From Schmidtea polychroa (taxonomy: Eukaryota), in contig JBJFYX010000019.1 in NCBI GenBank assembly GCA_044892525.1, positions 186,001 through 250,000 on the forward strand: a stretch of 64,000 bases of DNA, in the 5' to 3' direction. This document shows positions 9,187-18,374 of the stretch, in pieces. A program made the position numbers and the translations under genes. Position 1 is the first letter of the stretch; each line of letters starts with the position of its first letter. The notes below the pieces were generated by a model, which did no database searches, was not told where the DNA came from, and saw nothing but the letters and a program-made list of their open reading frames with translations.

Positions 9187-11759
9187 ATGGCTAAATGCTC
9201 TTATCAGATCCAACGATTATATGCCATCAATCCTGGAAGAGCTATTAATGAAATAAACAAAGCCACTGATTCTACTCCAGAACTACAAACAGAAGTAATG
9301 AACATCTACTTCACCAGACAAAAACCACAAACAAATCCAGAAAATATTCTAATATCGAAAAGAACCGCTGACTGGATAACCGACAAAAAGATCAAAAACA
9401 AGGAAATCACAATAACAATCAAAAGAATGGAAGATAAAGCACCAGGAGCAGACAAAATTCCTATACGACAATGGAAAACCTGGAACAAAGATAGGGCATT
9501 AAAAGTGCTATTTAACCATATCATAAAACAAAAGAAGATACCAATAAACTGGAAAACATTTATGACAAAACTAATTATAAAACCAGGAAAAGCCGAAGAA
9601 GCATCCAATCCATCTAACTGGAGACCGATAGCACTAATGCCAACGGCCTATAGAATCCTAATGAAACTACTAAATAAAAGATTATTAAAATGGATCCATG
9701 ACGGAAAGCTACTATCTCCATGGCAAAAAGCATTTTAGAAAAAGAAAACGGATGCGATGAGCACAATTTCATAATCAATTGCCTTATGGAAAAAGCAAAC
9801 AGAACAAGATACAAAGGCGAACAGATACACCTAGTATTCTTGGACCTCGCAGACGCCTTTGGCAGTATGCCACACGAGGTGATTTGGTACACATTAGAGA
9901 GAATGGGGTTAAATAAAAACACCATTGAACTAATTAAAAATAGCTACCAAGACTGCTTCTCAATATACGAAAGCGGCGAATCCAAATCAGACAAAATTAA
10001 AATTGATAAAGGGGTCAAACAGGGATGCCCCTTGTCCATGACGCTATTTAGTCTATGTATAGAATTCCTCATAAAAGCTGTAGAGGATCTAAACAAAGGT
10101 GCCAAAATAGCAGAAACAAAAATAAGTATTCTAGCCTACGCAGACGATTTGGTACTAATCGCAAATAACAAAGAGGACATCCAAATAATGCTTAACACCA
10201 TATTCGAAGAGGCAAATAAAGCATGTCTAACCTCTAAACCTGCCAAATGTGGATATTTCAGTGAACAAGAAAACAATGATATCCCAATAATGATCAACAA
10301 CCAGACAATTAGGAAAATCAACAACAATGAACTGTACACATACCTAGGAGTCAGAATAGGAGGACCTAAAAAAAGGAACTTAGACCAACTATTCAAGGAA
10401 GCAATCACCTACTCTGAAAAGATATTCAAATCAAAACTTAAAGCATGTCAAAAAATAGAAGCATACCAAACATTTATACACTCCAAATTCGTATTCCCTC
10501 TCCAAGGAGAAGACATAAACAAAGGAAACATCGAAGAATACGATAACCAAATCCGAACAAGAATCAAAAAAGATGTTATTGACCTACCTACAAATAGTCC
10601 ATTTATGGATGCAATAATCTATTCCCCAAGAGCAAAAGGAGGTCTAGGAATAACAAAAGTCGCAGACGAGCAACTTATCCAGACCATCGCTAGATACCTA
10701 AGGCTATTTAACAGTAGCCACATGGACATCAGAAGAATCCTAACAGAAGAAACAATTGATATTGCCAAGATCAGAACAAACCAGACAATCTATACCATTA
10801 AAGACGCAATAAAATGGCTAGATAATACGCATACCAACTCAAAAAGGAACGACACAAAATACAGTTGGATCACTAGAATCAAAACAGCAATAATGGGAAT
10901 CATGAGAACCCATAAAATTGAGATAAAACTGTCCATTAATGAGGATGACCAACAAGAAGCAAGAGTCAAATGTGCTACTGAAGAAACACCAGTAGTGGTC
11001 AAAGAAACGAATAAAATTTCAGCAACACTACACTGGATGATCAAAGAAAGCTATTTCAATAAATGGAAAGCAGCTAAATGCCAAGGCTACATCATAAGCC
11101 TCCCATATTCCAAGAAAATGGAATGGGAACTCCCACGGAACTTAGATGATTCAGATTGGCAATTCATAATAAAAGCACGTGCCAACATGCTTGACCTAAG
11201 GAACAAGCAAGCAAACCAAGGAGGAAGACTAGCAGCAATAAACTGCAGGAAATGCGACTACCCAAGAGAATGCCAAGCACATGCCATCAACCACTGTGAC
11301 TATGGTAAAAACAGTAGAGTAACAAAACACAACGAAATCCAAAGATTGCTTACCGAATTACTCGAAACAAAAAAGTTAAATTACGAGACAGAAGCAATAC
11401 CAAAAGAATCATCTGTGAACCTAAAACCAGACATCCTAATCAGAGGAGAATCAAAAAATACCATCATTGACATTAAATGTCCTTTCGATGACTAGGATAC
11501 CATTGAACTGGCAAGAAACAAAAACCAAGACAAATATCGAAACTTGGCCACAGAGATCCAAACCAAGTCTGAAAAACCTACCACTGTAGAAACATTTGTG
11601 GTGTGTTCCCTTGGAACCCGGGATAAGAGAAATAACGAAATCCTCAGAAAACTTCAATTCAAATTTGACGAATATTCAAAAACAAAAGACAAAATGATCA
11701 AAGCCGTAATCAAAGGATCCAGATACACATTCGACCAGCACAGGGGCTTCATGACCTGA
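9187..11759 (+). pseudogene. el2 reverse transcriptase plus restriction-like endonuclease (also 28468-31040, 47749-50321)
   Basis: ORFs 9187..9738, 9720..11495 and 11544..11759 join through one frameshift (GCATTTTAGAAA) and one in-frame TAG (KCPFDD*DTIEL). Confidence 0.93.
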
Positions 11760-11883
11760 TGCTTTAAATATACCAGTGACTAGTTCACTCAAGAATCCAG
11801 ATATCCCACCTATTCTGTTTACAGAAAGGTTCTTAACTCATCCTTGTGATGACACTTTTTGTTATATTAATAAATATTTTGTA

Positions 11884-11934
11884 TTTCTGACACCTCTTGC
11901 TACAAACTCTGTAAAAATCAAAAGGATCGATAGG
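11884..11934 (-). rRNA. 28S: 51-nt 28S remnant at the el2 3' junction (also 31165-31215, 50446-50496)
   Basis: TTTCTGACACCTCTTGCTACAAACTCTGTAAAAATCAAAAGGATCGATAGG matches the sequence that follows ...CCTGTGGTAACT on the antisense strand of eukaryotic LSU rDNA. Confidence 0.85.
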
Positions 11935-13833
11935 GAACAAAACCAATCAATGAATAAAACCATCAAATACATTGAAGCAAGACTGGCAAACTTGCTTATC
12001 AATCGAAACTTGAGAACATTTCATAATGAAATCAAGATAGACTCCTTGATTGGATGGGAACTAATAATCTGGCTTATACACTGGAACAACTGCCATTGGA
12101 TTGTCTACCTTGCTAATTTCGAGGATAAAACCTCCATTATCTTGGATTCAGACAATCAGATGACAACATTGCAAAAGTGTTATATAAAAGACAGACTAGA
12201 TAAATTCCTAGAAAATACAGTGGAAGAAAGAACCATCTTTAAATCACTTGAAAACAGATTAATTCCTCAACAATCAAACGACTATGATTGTGGAACATAT
12301 GTCCTTCAATTCATAGAGGACTTTGTGAATGAACCTGAAAGACTAAATTATCAGACTCCAGACTCAATTAGAATTAGAAACATAATCGGGAAGCAGATTA
12401 TGGAAGAATTAAAAGATGCCAAAAAGAATACACCAAAGAAGTCAAATAAAGAAATAGACGAATTAATTCTCAAATTGAAGTTACTACAGATAGACATTCA
12501 TTCAGTACTTCAATGGTTCACGAACAAATATAATGAATCAATCCCTAAACAAAAGAACAAAAGAGGTGCAAAGATCAACATCTCAAAATGCTCATATCAA
12601 ATGCAAAGATTATTTGCATAGCTCCAAAAAGAGCAATAAAGGAAATATATAAAAATGAGTCAGCCCCAGCAGACCTTCCGAAAAGCATCTTAGATGCTTA
12701 CTTCATAAAAGAAAATTGATCTCGGAATGGCAGTAGGCAGTAATGGCTGTGATGAGCACAATTACATCATCCAGGCACTGATTGAGAAATCGAACAGAAT
12801 TAAATACAAACACGAACAATGTCTCCTGGCTTTCTTGGACTTGGCTGATGCATTCGGAAGCATCCCATTTTCTGTCATTTGGCATACAATGAGCATAATG
12901 GGACTCGATAAAACAACTATCGACCTATTAAAAGAATTGTATAAAGATAATGTCACAAGATACAAAAGTGGAAAAACTGAATCGGAAAGGATAAACATTG
13001 TAAAAGGCGTGAAACAGGGTTGCCCACTATCAATGACCCTATTCAGCCTATGCATTCAATTCATTCTAAAAGAGATCATCAATATGAATAAAGGAGCAAC
13101 AATGGCAGCACAAGATATTAACATCCTTGCCTATGCAGACGACTTAGTAATTGTGGCCGATTCTGCTAAAAACCTACAAATTCTACTAGGAAGAATTGAA
13201 GATCTAGCAAATAAAGCATGCCTAAAGTTCAAACCGGCAAAATGCGGATACTACAGAGATCCAAAAGACAATACATCACGAGTTATGATCTATAAAGAAC
13301 AAATCAGATTAGTAAGTGAGGAAAACATATACACCTATCTTGGAGTCAGAATAGGTGATAAAAAGAAAAAGAACCTAAATAAGCTTTTCGAAAAGGTTAA
13401 AGATCATACTAAATCGATTTTCACTTCAAAACTCAGAAATGACCAAAAACTGGGGGCTTATAACACCTTTGGCTAATCAAAATTTGTATATATACTACAA
13501 GGAGAAGATATCTCAAAAATAAATATTGAAAAATACGATAATGATATAAAAGCCATAATAAAAAAGCACGTGCTAGATCTCCAAGATAACAGCCCATTCA
13601 CAGACTCAGTGATTTACTCACCACGAGAAAAGGGAGGCTTAGGAATCACAAAAGTGTTCGATGAGCAGATAATCCAAACAATAAATAGAGCTCTGAAACT
13701 CCTAACAAGTAACCACAAACTGATCCAAGAAAAGATTGAAGATTTGGAAAATGCATTGAAATGGTTGGATGGATCAATAAAATACAAGAAAAACACAAAC
13801 GCCAAGACAACGTGGATAACACGAGTAAGAGAA
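11935..13833 (+). mobile_element. el3: 5'-truncated, internally deleted NeSL/R5-like copy (protease, RT core, thumb)
   Basis: Motifs WLIHWNNCHW, QSNDYDCG, GCDEH, FLDLADAFGS, YADD and SPREKGGLG. The NWRPIAL region is missing (jump near 12715). Stops at 12619 and 13474. Confidence 0.9.
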
Positions 13834-13896
13834 AAATTTTTTAGACGACCATCTGAAATAGTCCAAAAAATTAGACTAAGTATTTTGGCTAGTGTA

Positions 13897-16800
13897 CAAA
13901 TGCTACTGCAAAAACATTTTCAAAAAATGTGGTAATGAAGAGATTTTGACAATTGGAGGAGATGAAATTCAGATTGCAGATCTTACAAAGTCAGAAATCA
14001 GCCAAAACAAACCAGATAATCAGAATACTTCAACAATTTCTGAATTAAAGAATGAGAATCGTCAATTACGTTTGGAAATGAAAAACATGAAGAAAATGAT
14101 GGAACAAATGATAAAATCAATTGAAACTTTAGAACAAATTATCAAAGACTCTGCCAAAATTTCTACAGAAAATAGAAAAACACAACCAAATTCAGATCAG
14201 ATTGTGAAAATTCGAGAAAAAGAGCATTATTTAAACAAAGTGTGTGTTACACATTAATTGTATACAAGATTGTAGATGCAGTCATTGAGGAACCAGTCCA
14301 AGATACTGTGGACCTGCCAATACCAATAGAGCCCACAGTTGTCGAAGAACCACAGATAACCACAAACAACGAAAATATAGAAATTAGTGAAACAGATAGA
14401 GATTTGGTAGAGAAACACACAACACCTGCACCAACATCAGTCAGCAAATCAAAACAACAACCAAAAAATATCCGGTCCAAGAGCATAAAGAAAAGAAGAC
14501 AAGTGGATGACACCGAATACCAAGAAAACACAAAGGATAACAAAAAAATACGTACCGGTGGAGGACCGTCAACGGCAAATACTCCACTGACCAATCTTAT
14601 TATACCAAATATGAAAATCAACGATGAACTAAAAATCCAATGCAATTGCAAAAAAAATAGATACTCGTACTCAACAGATACCAATGCCACCAAACACTTC
14701 AAAGAGTTACATCCACAATCCGGAGATCCAATAATAGAGTGCGGAATATGCAAAGCCATCATCACTATCAATGAAGCAATAGAACATATAGCAGTCCATA
14801 GAGAGAACAATACAAAAGAAAGGAACATACAGCAGCCCGCAATCAAACCAACAGAGGAGGACATCCCTACGGAGACCAGCTGACTATCACAGACAGCGAT
14901 AGAATATTACATAAAATTTCTATCGCTCAGTATACCTACTCCAAACACCGTGGCCTATATCAAACCAACATGTGCCACGGACCTGATAGAGAATAATAAG
15001 GCTGGTCTCTACAGTAACATCCATTTGGATACAATCGTGGGCTCTGATAGGGTCGTATGGCTGATCCATTGGAAACTCTGTCACTGGTCAATATACCTAG
15101 CGGACAAAGAAAATAGGGAGTCGGTAATTCTTGATACTGATGACCAAATATCCGAATCAGAGAAAAGTACAATAAAGGCCAAAATGGATGAAATACTAAG
15201 GATGACTACACAGGATCAAGCCCCATTCAACAGAATATCAATTGACGAATACCCCAAACAAGATAACGATTATGATTGTGGAGTGTTCGTTCTTCAATAT
15301 ATAATGGACTTCTTAGAAAATCCAGAGAGACCCTTATTCAATATGCCTGATTCAGATAAAATAAGAACACAAATTACAACGAGCATACTAGAAGATATCA
15401 AAAAATACAAAAAATGCAACAATGAAACAAAGAATGAAGACATAGAAGACGCCATAAATCAATTTAGACTACACCAATTATCAATAAATGACATACTTAA
15501 TTGGTTCAAGAACAGATTCCTAAAAGATCAAAAGCCGAGAAGAGCATGCAGAAGCGAAAATAAAAAACTCAAGCTATGCTCATACCAAATACAGAGATTA
15601 TATACAATAAACTCGGGCAAAGCAATAATACAAATTCACAATGAAACATGCAAAGTTATTGACCTAACATCAACGGCAATGGACCTGCATTTTATAAGAA
15701 CAAAGCCTCCAAAGATACAAAATATGATTAATATTACGGATAAAAGACCAGAATGGGAATCATCAAAGCCATTTACAGAGAAAGATGTATCCATTGGAAT
15801 AAAAAACAGCAAAGATGCAGCACCAGGAGAGGATGGAATTCCAATAAGAGCATGGAAAGAATGGATGCCTGAAGACCCATTAACTCCAATATTCAACAAA
15901 ATAATAGAATCCAAAAACATCCCAGATTCATGGAAAACTTATGTTACAAAGTTAATTAAAAAACTAGGCAAAAGTAACCAAGCACACAATCCGGCAAATT
16001 GGAGACCAATAGCATTAATGCCCACAAGTTATAGAATTTTTATGAAAATCCTTAACAAAAGAATTCTCCAATGGATCCACGAACACAGGTTAATTTCGAA
16101 ATGGCAAAAGGCAGTGAATATATCCAATGGGTGTGATGAACATAATTACATCATCACTGTTCAAAAAGAAAAGCCCAACAGAAAAAGATACAAAGGATGT
16201 GAATGCCACCTAGTGTTCTTGGATCTTGCGGATGCCTTCGGCAGCATTCCACACGAAGTGATCTGGCATACTTTAGAACAGAAAGGCCTAAATAAAAACA
16301 CCATAAGCCTATTGCAAGAATGCTATAAAGACTGTCACACTATATATCAAAGTGGTGACACCAGATCAAGCCAAATCAAACAAGTAAAAGGTGTTAGACA
16401 AGGATGCCCACTATCAATGACCATCTTCAGCCTCTGTATTGAATATCTAATACAAGCTGCAATAAATAGTGGGAAAGGAGTCGAGATAGCTGGAGAGAAA
16501 ATAAGCATTTTAGCATATGCGGACGATCTCGTTCTTATGGCACCACAACACTATCAAATCCAAGAAATGCTCAACATAATAGTGGAACAAGCAAAGATGG
16601 CTCACCTTATATTTAAACCCGAAAAGTGTGGTTACTACCTAAATAAAAAAGATGCTATTGGATGGGAAAACAACATCTTTCTCGACGGAACAAAGATCAA
16701 ACATATAAATGAGGAAAATCTTTACACTTACCTTGGTGTCACAGTTGGTAGCACAAAGAAAAACGATCTAAATCAAATTTTCAAAGAAGTTGAAGACAAA

Positions 16801-17443
16801 GCAATCAGCATTTTCAGATCTTCGTTGAGGGCTCACCAGAAAATCGAGGCATATAACATCTTTTGCCATTCAAAATTCATATTCATCTTGCAAGCCGAAG
16901 AAATAGCTAAAAGCGAAGCTGGAAAATTTGATGACAAAATTAGAATGCTAATAAAGGATAAAGAGGTGCTTGACCTACAACATAAAAGCCCTCTAATGGA
17001 CGCAATTTTTTACTCCCCGACCGAAAAAGGAGGCATTGGTATTACAAAGATAGTAGACGAACAGATCATACAAACAATTTCTCGTTTCCTAAAGTTGATA
17101 AACAGCAGTCATTCGGCAATAGTAAACATATTAACGGAAGAATTAATAGATGTAGCCGAAACAAGAACCGATTCCCCCATCAACTCATTGTCAGATTCGT
17201 TAAAATGGTTAGATGAAACATATGCCCATAAAAGAACAAATTCGGCAAAAAAATCATGGTTAGATAGAGTAAAGAATGCAATAACTCAATTATACAACGA
17301 TCATGATATCAAATTGACTTTCCTATCACGAAATATTGGCACTGGATGTAACATCAAATCCTACAATCAAGAAAAACCTGAGGAAGTCTTTCCTCCATTC
17401 TTAGACGAAGCCTCAAAAAAGCTACACAAAATGATCAGAGAAG
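13897..17443 (+). mobile_element. el4: NeSL/R5-like element (ORF1 with coiled-coil and 2 C2H2, UGA, then protease-RT); endonuclease end lost
   Basis: ORFs 13892..14257 and 14242..14883, then an uninterrupted frame from 14884 to 17443. Homology to el2 stops at HKMIREG (el2 HWMIKES), just before the CCHC/REL. Confidence 0.92.
14242..14883 (+). CDS. el4 ORF1 C-terminal part: acidic/basic linker plus two C2H2 zinc fingers (also 33523-34164, 52805-53446)
   Basis: CNCKK..HFKELH and CGIC..HIAVH. In frame with ORF2 across a single TGA. Confidence 0.7.
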   Translation: MCYTLIVYKIVDAVIEEPVQDTVDLPIPIEPTVVEEPQITTNNENIEISETDRDLVEKHTTPAPTSVSKSKQQPKNIRSKSIKKRRQVDDTEYQENTKDNKKIRTGGGPSTANTPLTNLIIPNMKINDELKIQCNCKKNRYSYSTDTNATKHFKELHPQSGDPIIECGICKAIITINEAIEHIAVHRENNTKERNIQQPAIKPTEEDIPTETS

Positions 17444-17487
17444 GCCTATATCAAACCAACATGTGCCACGGACCTGATAGAGAATAA
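14950..17487 (+). CDS. el4 ORF2: Ulp1-like protease plus non-LTR reverse transcriptase, 845 aa, C-terminally truncated
   Basis: LIHWKLCHW, ILD, QDNDYDCG, NWRPIAL, FLDLADAFGS, GVRQGCPLS, YADD, YTYLGV, SPTEKGGIG. The last ~14 codons come from the internal duplication. Confidence 0.9.
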   Translation: MAYIKPTCATDLIENNKAGLYSNIHLDTIVGSDRVVWLIHWKLCHWSIYLADKENRESVILDTDDQISESEKSTIKAKMDEILRMTTQDQAPFNRISIDEYPKQDNDYDCGVFVLQYIMDFLENPERPLFNMPDSDKIRTQITTSILEDIKKYKKCNNETKNEDIEDAINQFRLHQLSINDILNWFKNRFLKDQKPRRACRSENKKLKLCSYQIQRLYTINSGKAIIQIHNETCKVIDLTSTAMDLHFIRTKPPKIQNMINITDKRPEWESSKPFTEKDVSIGIKNSKDAAPGEDGIPIRAWKEWMPEDPLTPIFNKIIESKNIPDSWKTYVTKLIKKLGKSNQAHNPANWRPIALMPTSYRIFMKILNKRILQWIHEHRLISKWQKAVNISNGCDEHNYIITVQKEKPNRKRYKGCECHLVFLDLADAFGSIPHEVIWHTLEQKGLNKNTISLLQECYKDCHTIYQSGDTRSSQIKQVKGVRQGCPLSMTIFSLCIEYLIQAAINSGKGVEIAGEKISILAYADDLVLMAPQHYQIQEMLNIIVEQAKMAHLIFKPEKCGYYLNKKDAIGWENNIFLDGTKIKHINEENLYTYLGVTVGSTKKNDLNQIFKEVEDKAISIFRSSLRAHQKIEAYNIFCHSKFIFILQAEEIAKSEAGKFDDKIRMLIKDKEVLDLQHKSPLMDAIFYSPTEKGGIGITKIVDEQIIQTISRFLKLINSSHSAIVNILTEELIDVAETRTDSPINSLSDSLKWLDETYAHKRTNSAKKSWLDRVKNAITQLYNDHDIKLTFLSRNIGTGCNIKSYNQEKPEEVFPPFLDEASKKLHKMIREGLYQTNMCHGPDRE

Positions 17488-17763
17488 TAAGGCTGGTCTC
17501 TACAGAAACATCCATTTGGATACAATCGTGGGCTCTGATAGGGTCGTATGGCTGATCCATTGGAAACTCTGTCACTGGTCAATATACCTAGCGGACAAAG
17601 AAAATAGGGAGTCGGTAATTCTTGATCCTGATGACCAAATATCCGAATCAGAGAAAAGTACAATAAAGGCCAAAATGGATGAAATACTAAGGATGACTAC
17701 ACAGGATCAAGCCCCATTCAACAGAATATCAATTGACGAATACCCCAAACAAGATAACGATTA
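17443..17763 (+). repeat. 321-bp direct duplication of el4 protease segment 14952-15272 (also 36724-37044, 56006-56326)
   Basis: Starts GGCCTATATCAAACCAAC and ends GATAACGATTA. Only a few substitutions. Confidence 0.93.
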
Positions 17764-18374
17764 AGAAGTTTTTGCAAATGAGTAGTCAAACAAAAATTTG
17801 GAAGAAATGAAAGCTTGGGCCGCCACAACCAGTTATCCCTGTGGTAAACACACAAATTCAACAATCGAAGAGGATGAAAACATCGCAAAGGAATCAGAAA
17901 TACAGAAAATTCACGAAAAAACCAATAAATTAGAGTCTGGAATACTGATGATGATGAAATGGATACAAACTCTAACCAATGAAATAAAAACTCTATCGGA
18001 AAAATTGGACAAATCGCAAAATGGGAATGAATCAGACGGAGGAATTCAAAGGAAAAGCTATGCCAAAATTGCCAAAAAATCAAATACAAATTTAAATCTC
18101 AAAGAAAATAACAAAAATTTAAATTTTACGAATTATAAAAATTCAGAAAATCCAGAAAATCCAGATAATAATTTAACTTTCAAAGAAAATAATTAAAATT
18201 TAAATTCTACGAATTATAAAAATCCAGAAAACCCAGAAAATTCTGATAATAATTTAATTTTCAAAGAAAATAATGAAAATTTAAATTCTACGAATTATAA
18301 AAATTCAGAAAATCCAGAAAATTTAAAAGATTTTAAAAATTTAAAAAATGGAAAATCAATTAAAAATTTTAAAA
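17764..18374 (+). mobile_element. el5a: ORF1 5' end of an el1-related subfamily (also 37045-37655, 56327-56937)
   Basis: MKAWAATTSYPCGKHTNSTIEEDENI..LESGILMMMK aligns with el1 MNAWPPQASYPCGNSTNSKIGEDENI..LESGMQIMMK. Confidence 0.85.
18115..18324 (+). repeat. 81-bp in-frame tandem repeat, ~2.6 copies (27-aa Asn-rich unit)
   Basis: AAATTTAAAT..TACGAATTATAAAAAT starts at 18115, 18196 and 18277. Confidence 0.9.

Larger units (their letters stand above)
7689..11883 (+). mobile_element. el2: near-complete NeSL/R5-like non-LTR retrotransposon (C2H2 x2, Ulp1/C48 protease, RT, CCHC, REL endonuclease, 3' UTR with AATAAA)
   Basis: Protease motifs WLIHWNGNHW, ILDS, QSNQYDCG. RT motifs NWRPIAL, FLDLADAFGS, GVKQGCPLS, YADD, YTYLGV. 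Also CRKC..HAINHC and KPDIL..IIDIK..KY. The frame is broken only at TGA 8091, ~9015, ~9737 and TAG 11493. Stop at 11759, AATAAA at 11869. Confidence 0.95.

Noticed and set aside
11860-11896. Target-site duplication or poly(A) tail
   Set aside because: Neither is visible. The 5' and 3' junctions come from different copies, so the apparent 2-nt loss (CT) cannot be assigned to a single insertion.
11776-11934. N-terminus of ORF 11776..12621 as part of el3
   Set aside because: It reads through the el2 3' UTR and the 28S remnant. el3 homology starts at ~11935.
5616-14883. Alternative nuclear genetic code with UGA = Trp
   Set aside because: Conserved positions are also hit by TAG (6594, 11493, 12619) and TAA (13474), Trp is normally TGG here, and the el2 frame ends at TGA. 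Local readthrough or decay explains the data better.
9720-17487. Bacterial RT systems (group II intron, retron, DGR, CRISPR-RT) suggested by RT plus the duplicated 321-bp segment
   Set aside because: The RT is flanked by Ulp1, C2H2, CCHC and REL domains and eukaryotic 28S. The duplicate shows no adenine-specific variation, and there is no spacer-repeat array.
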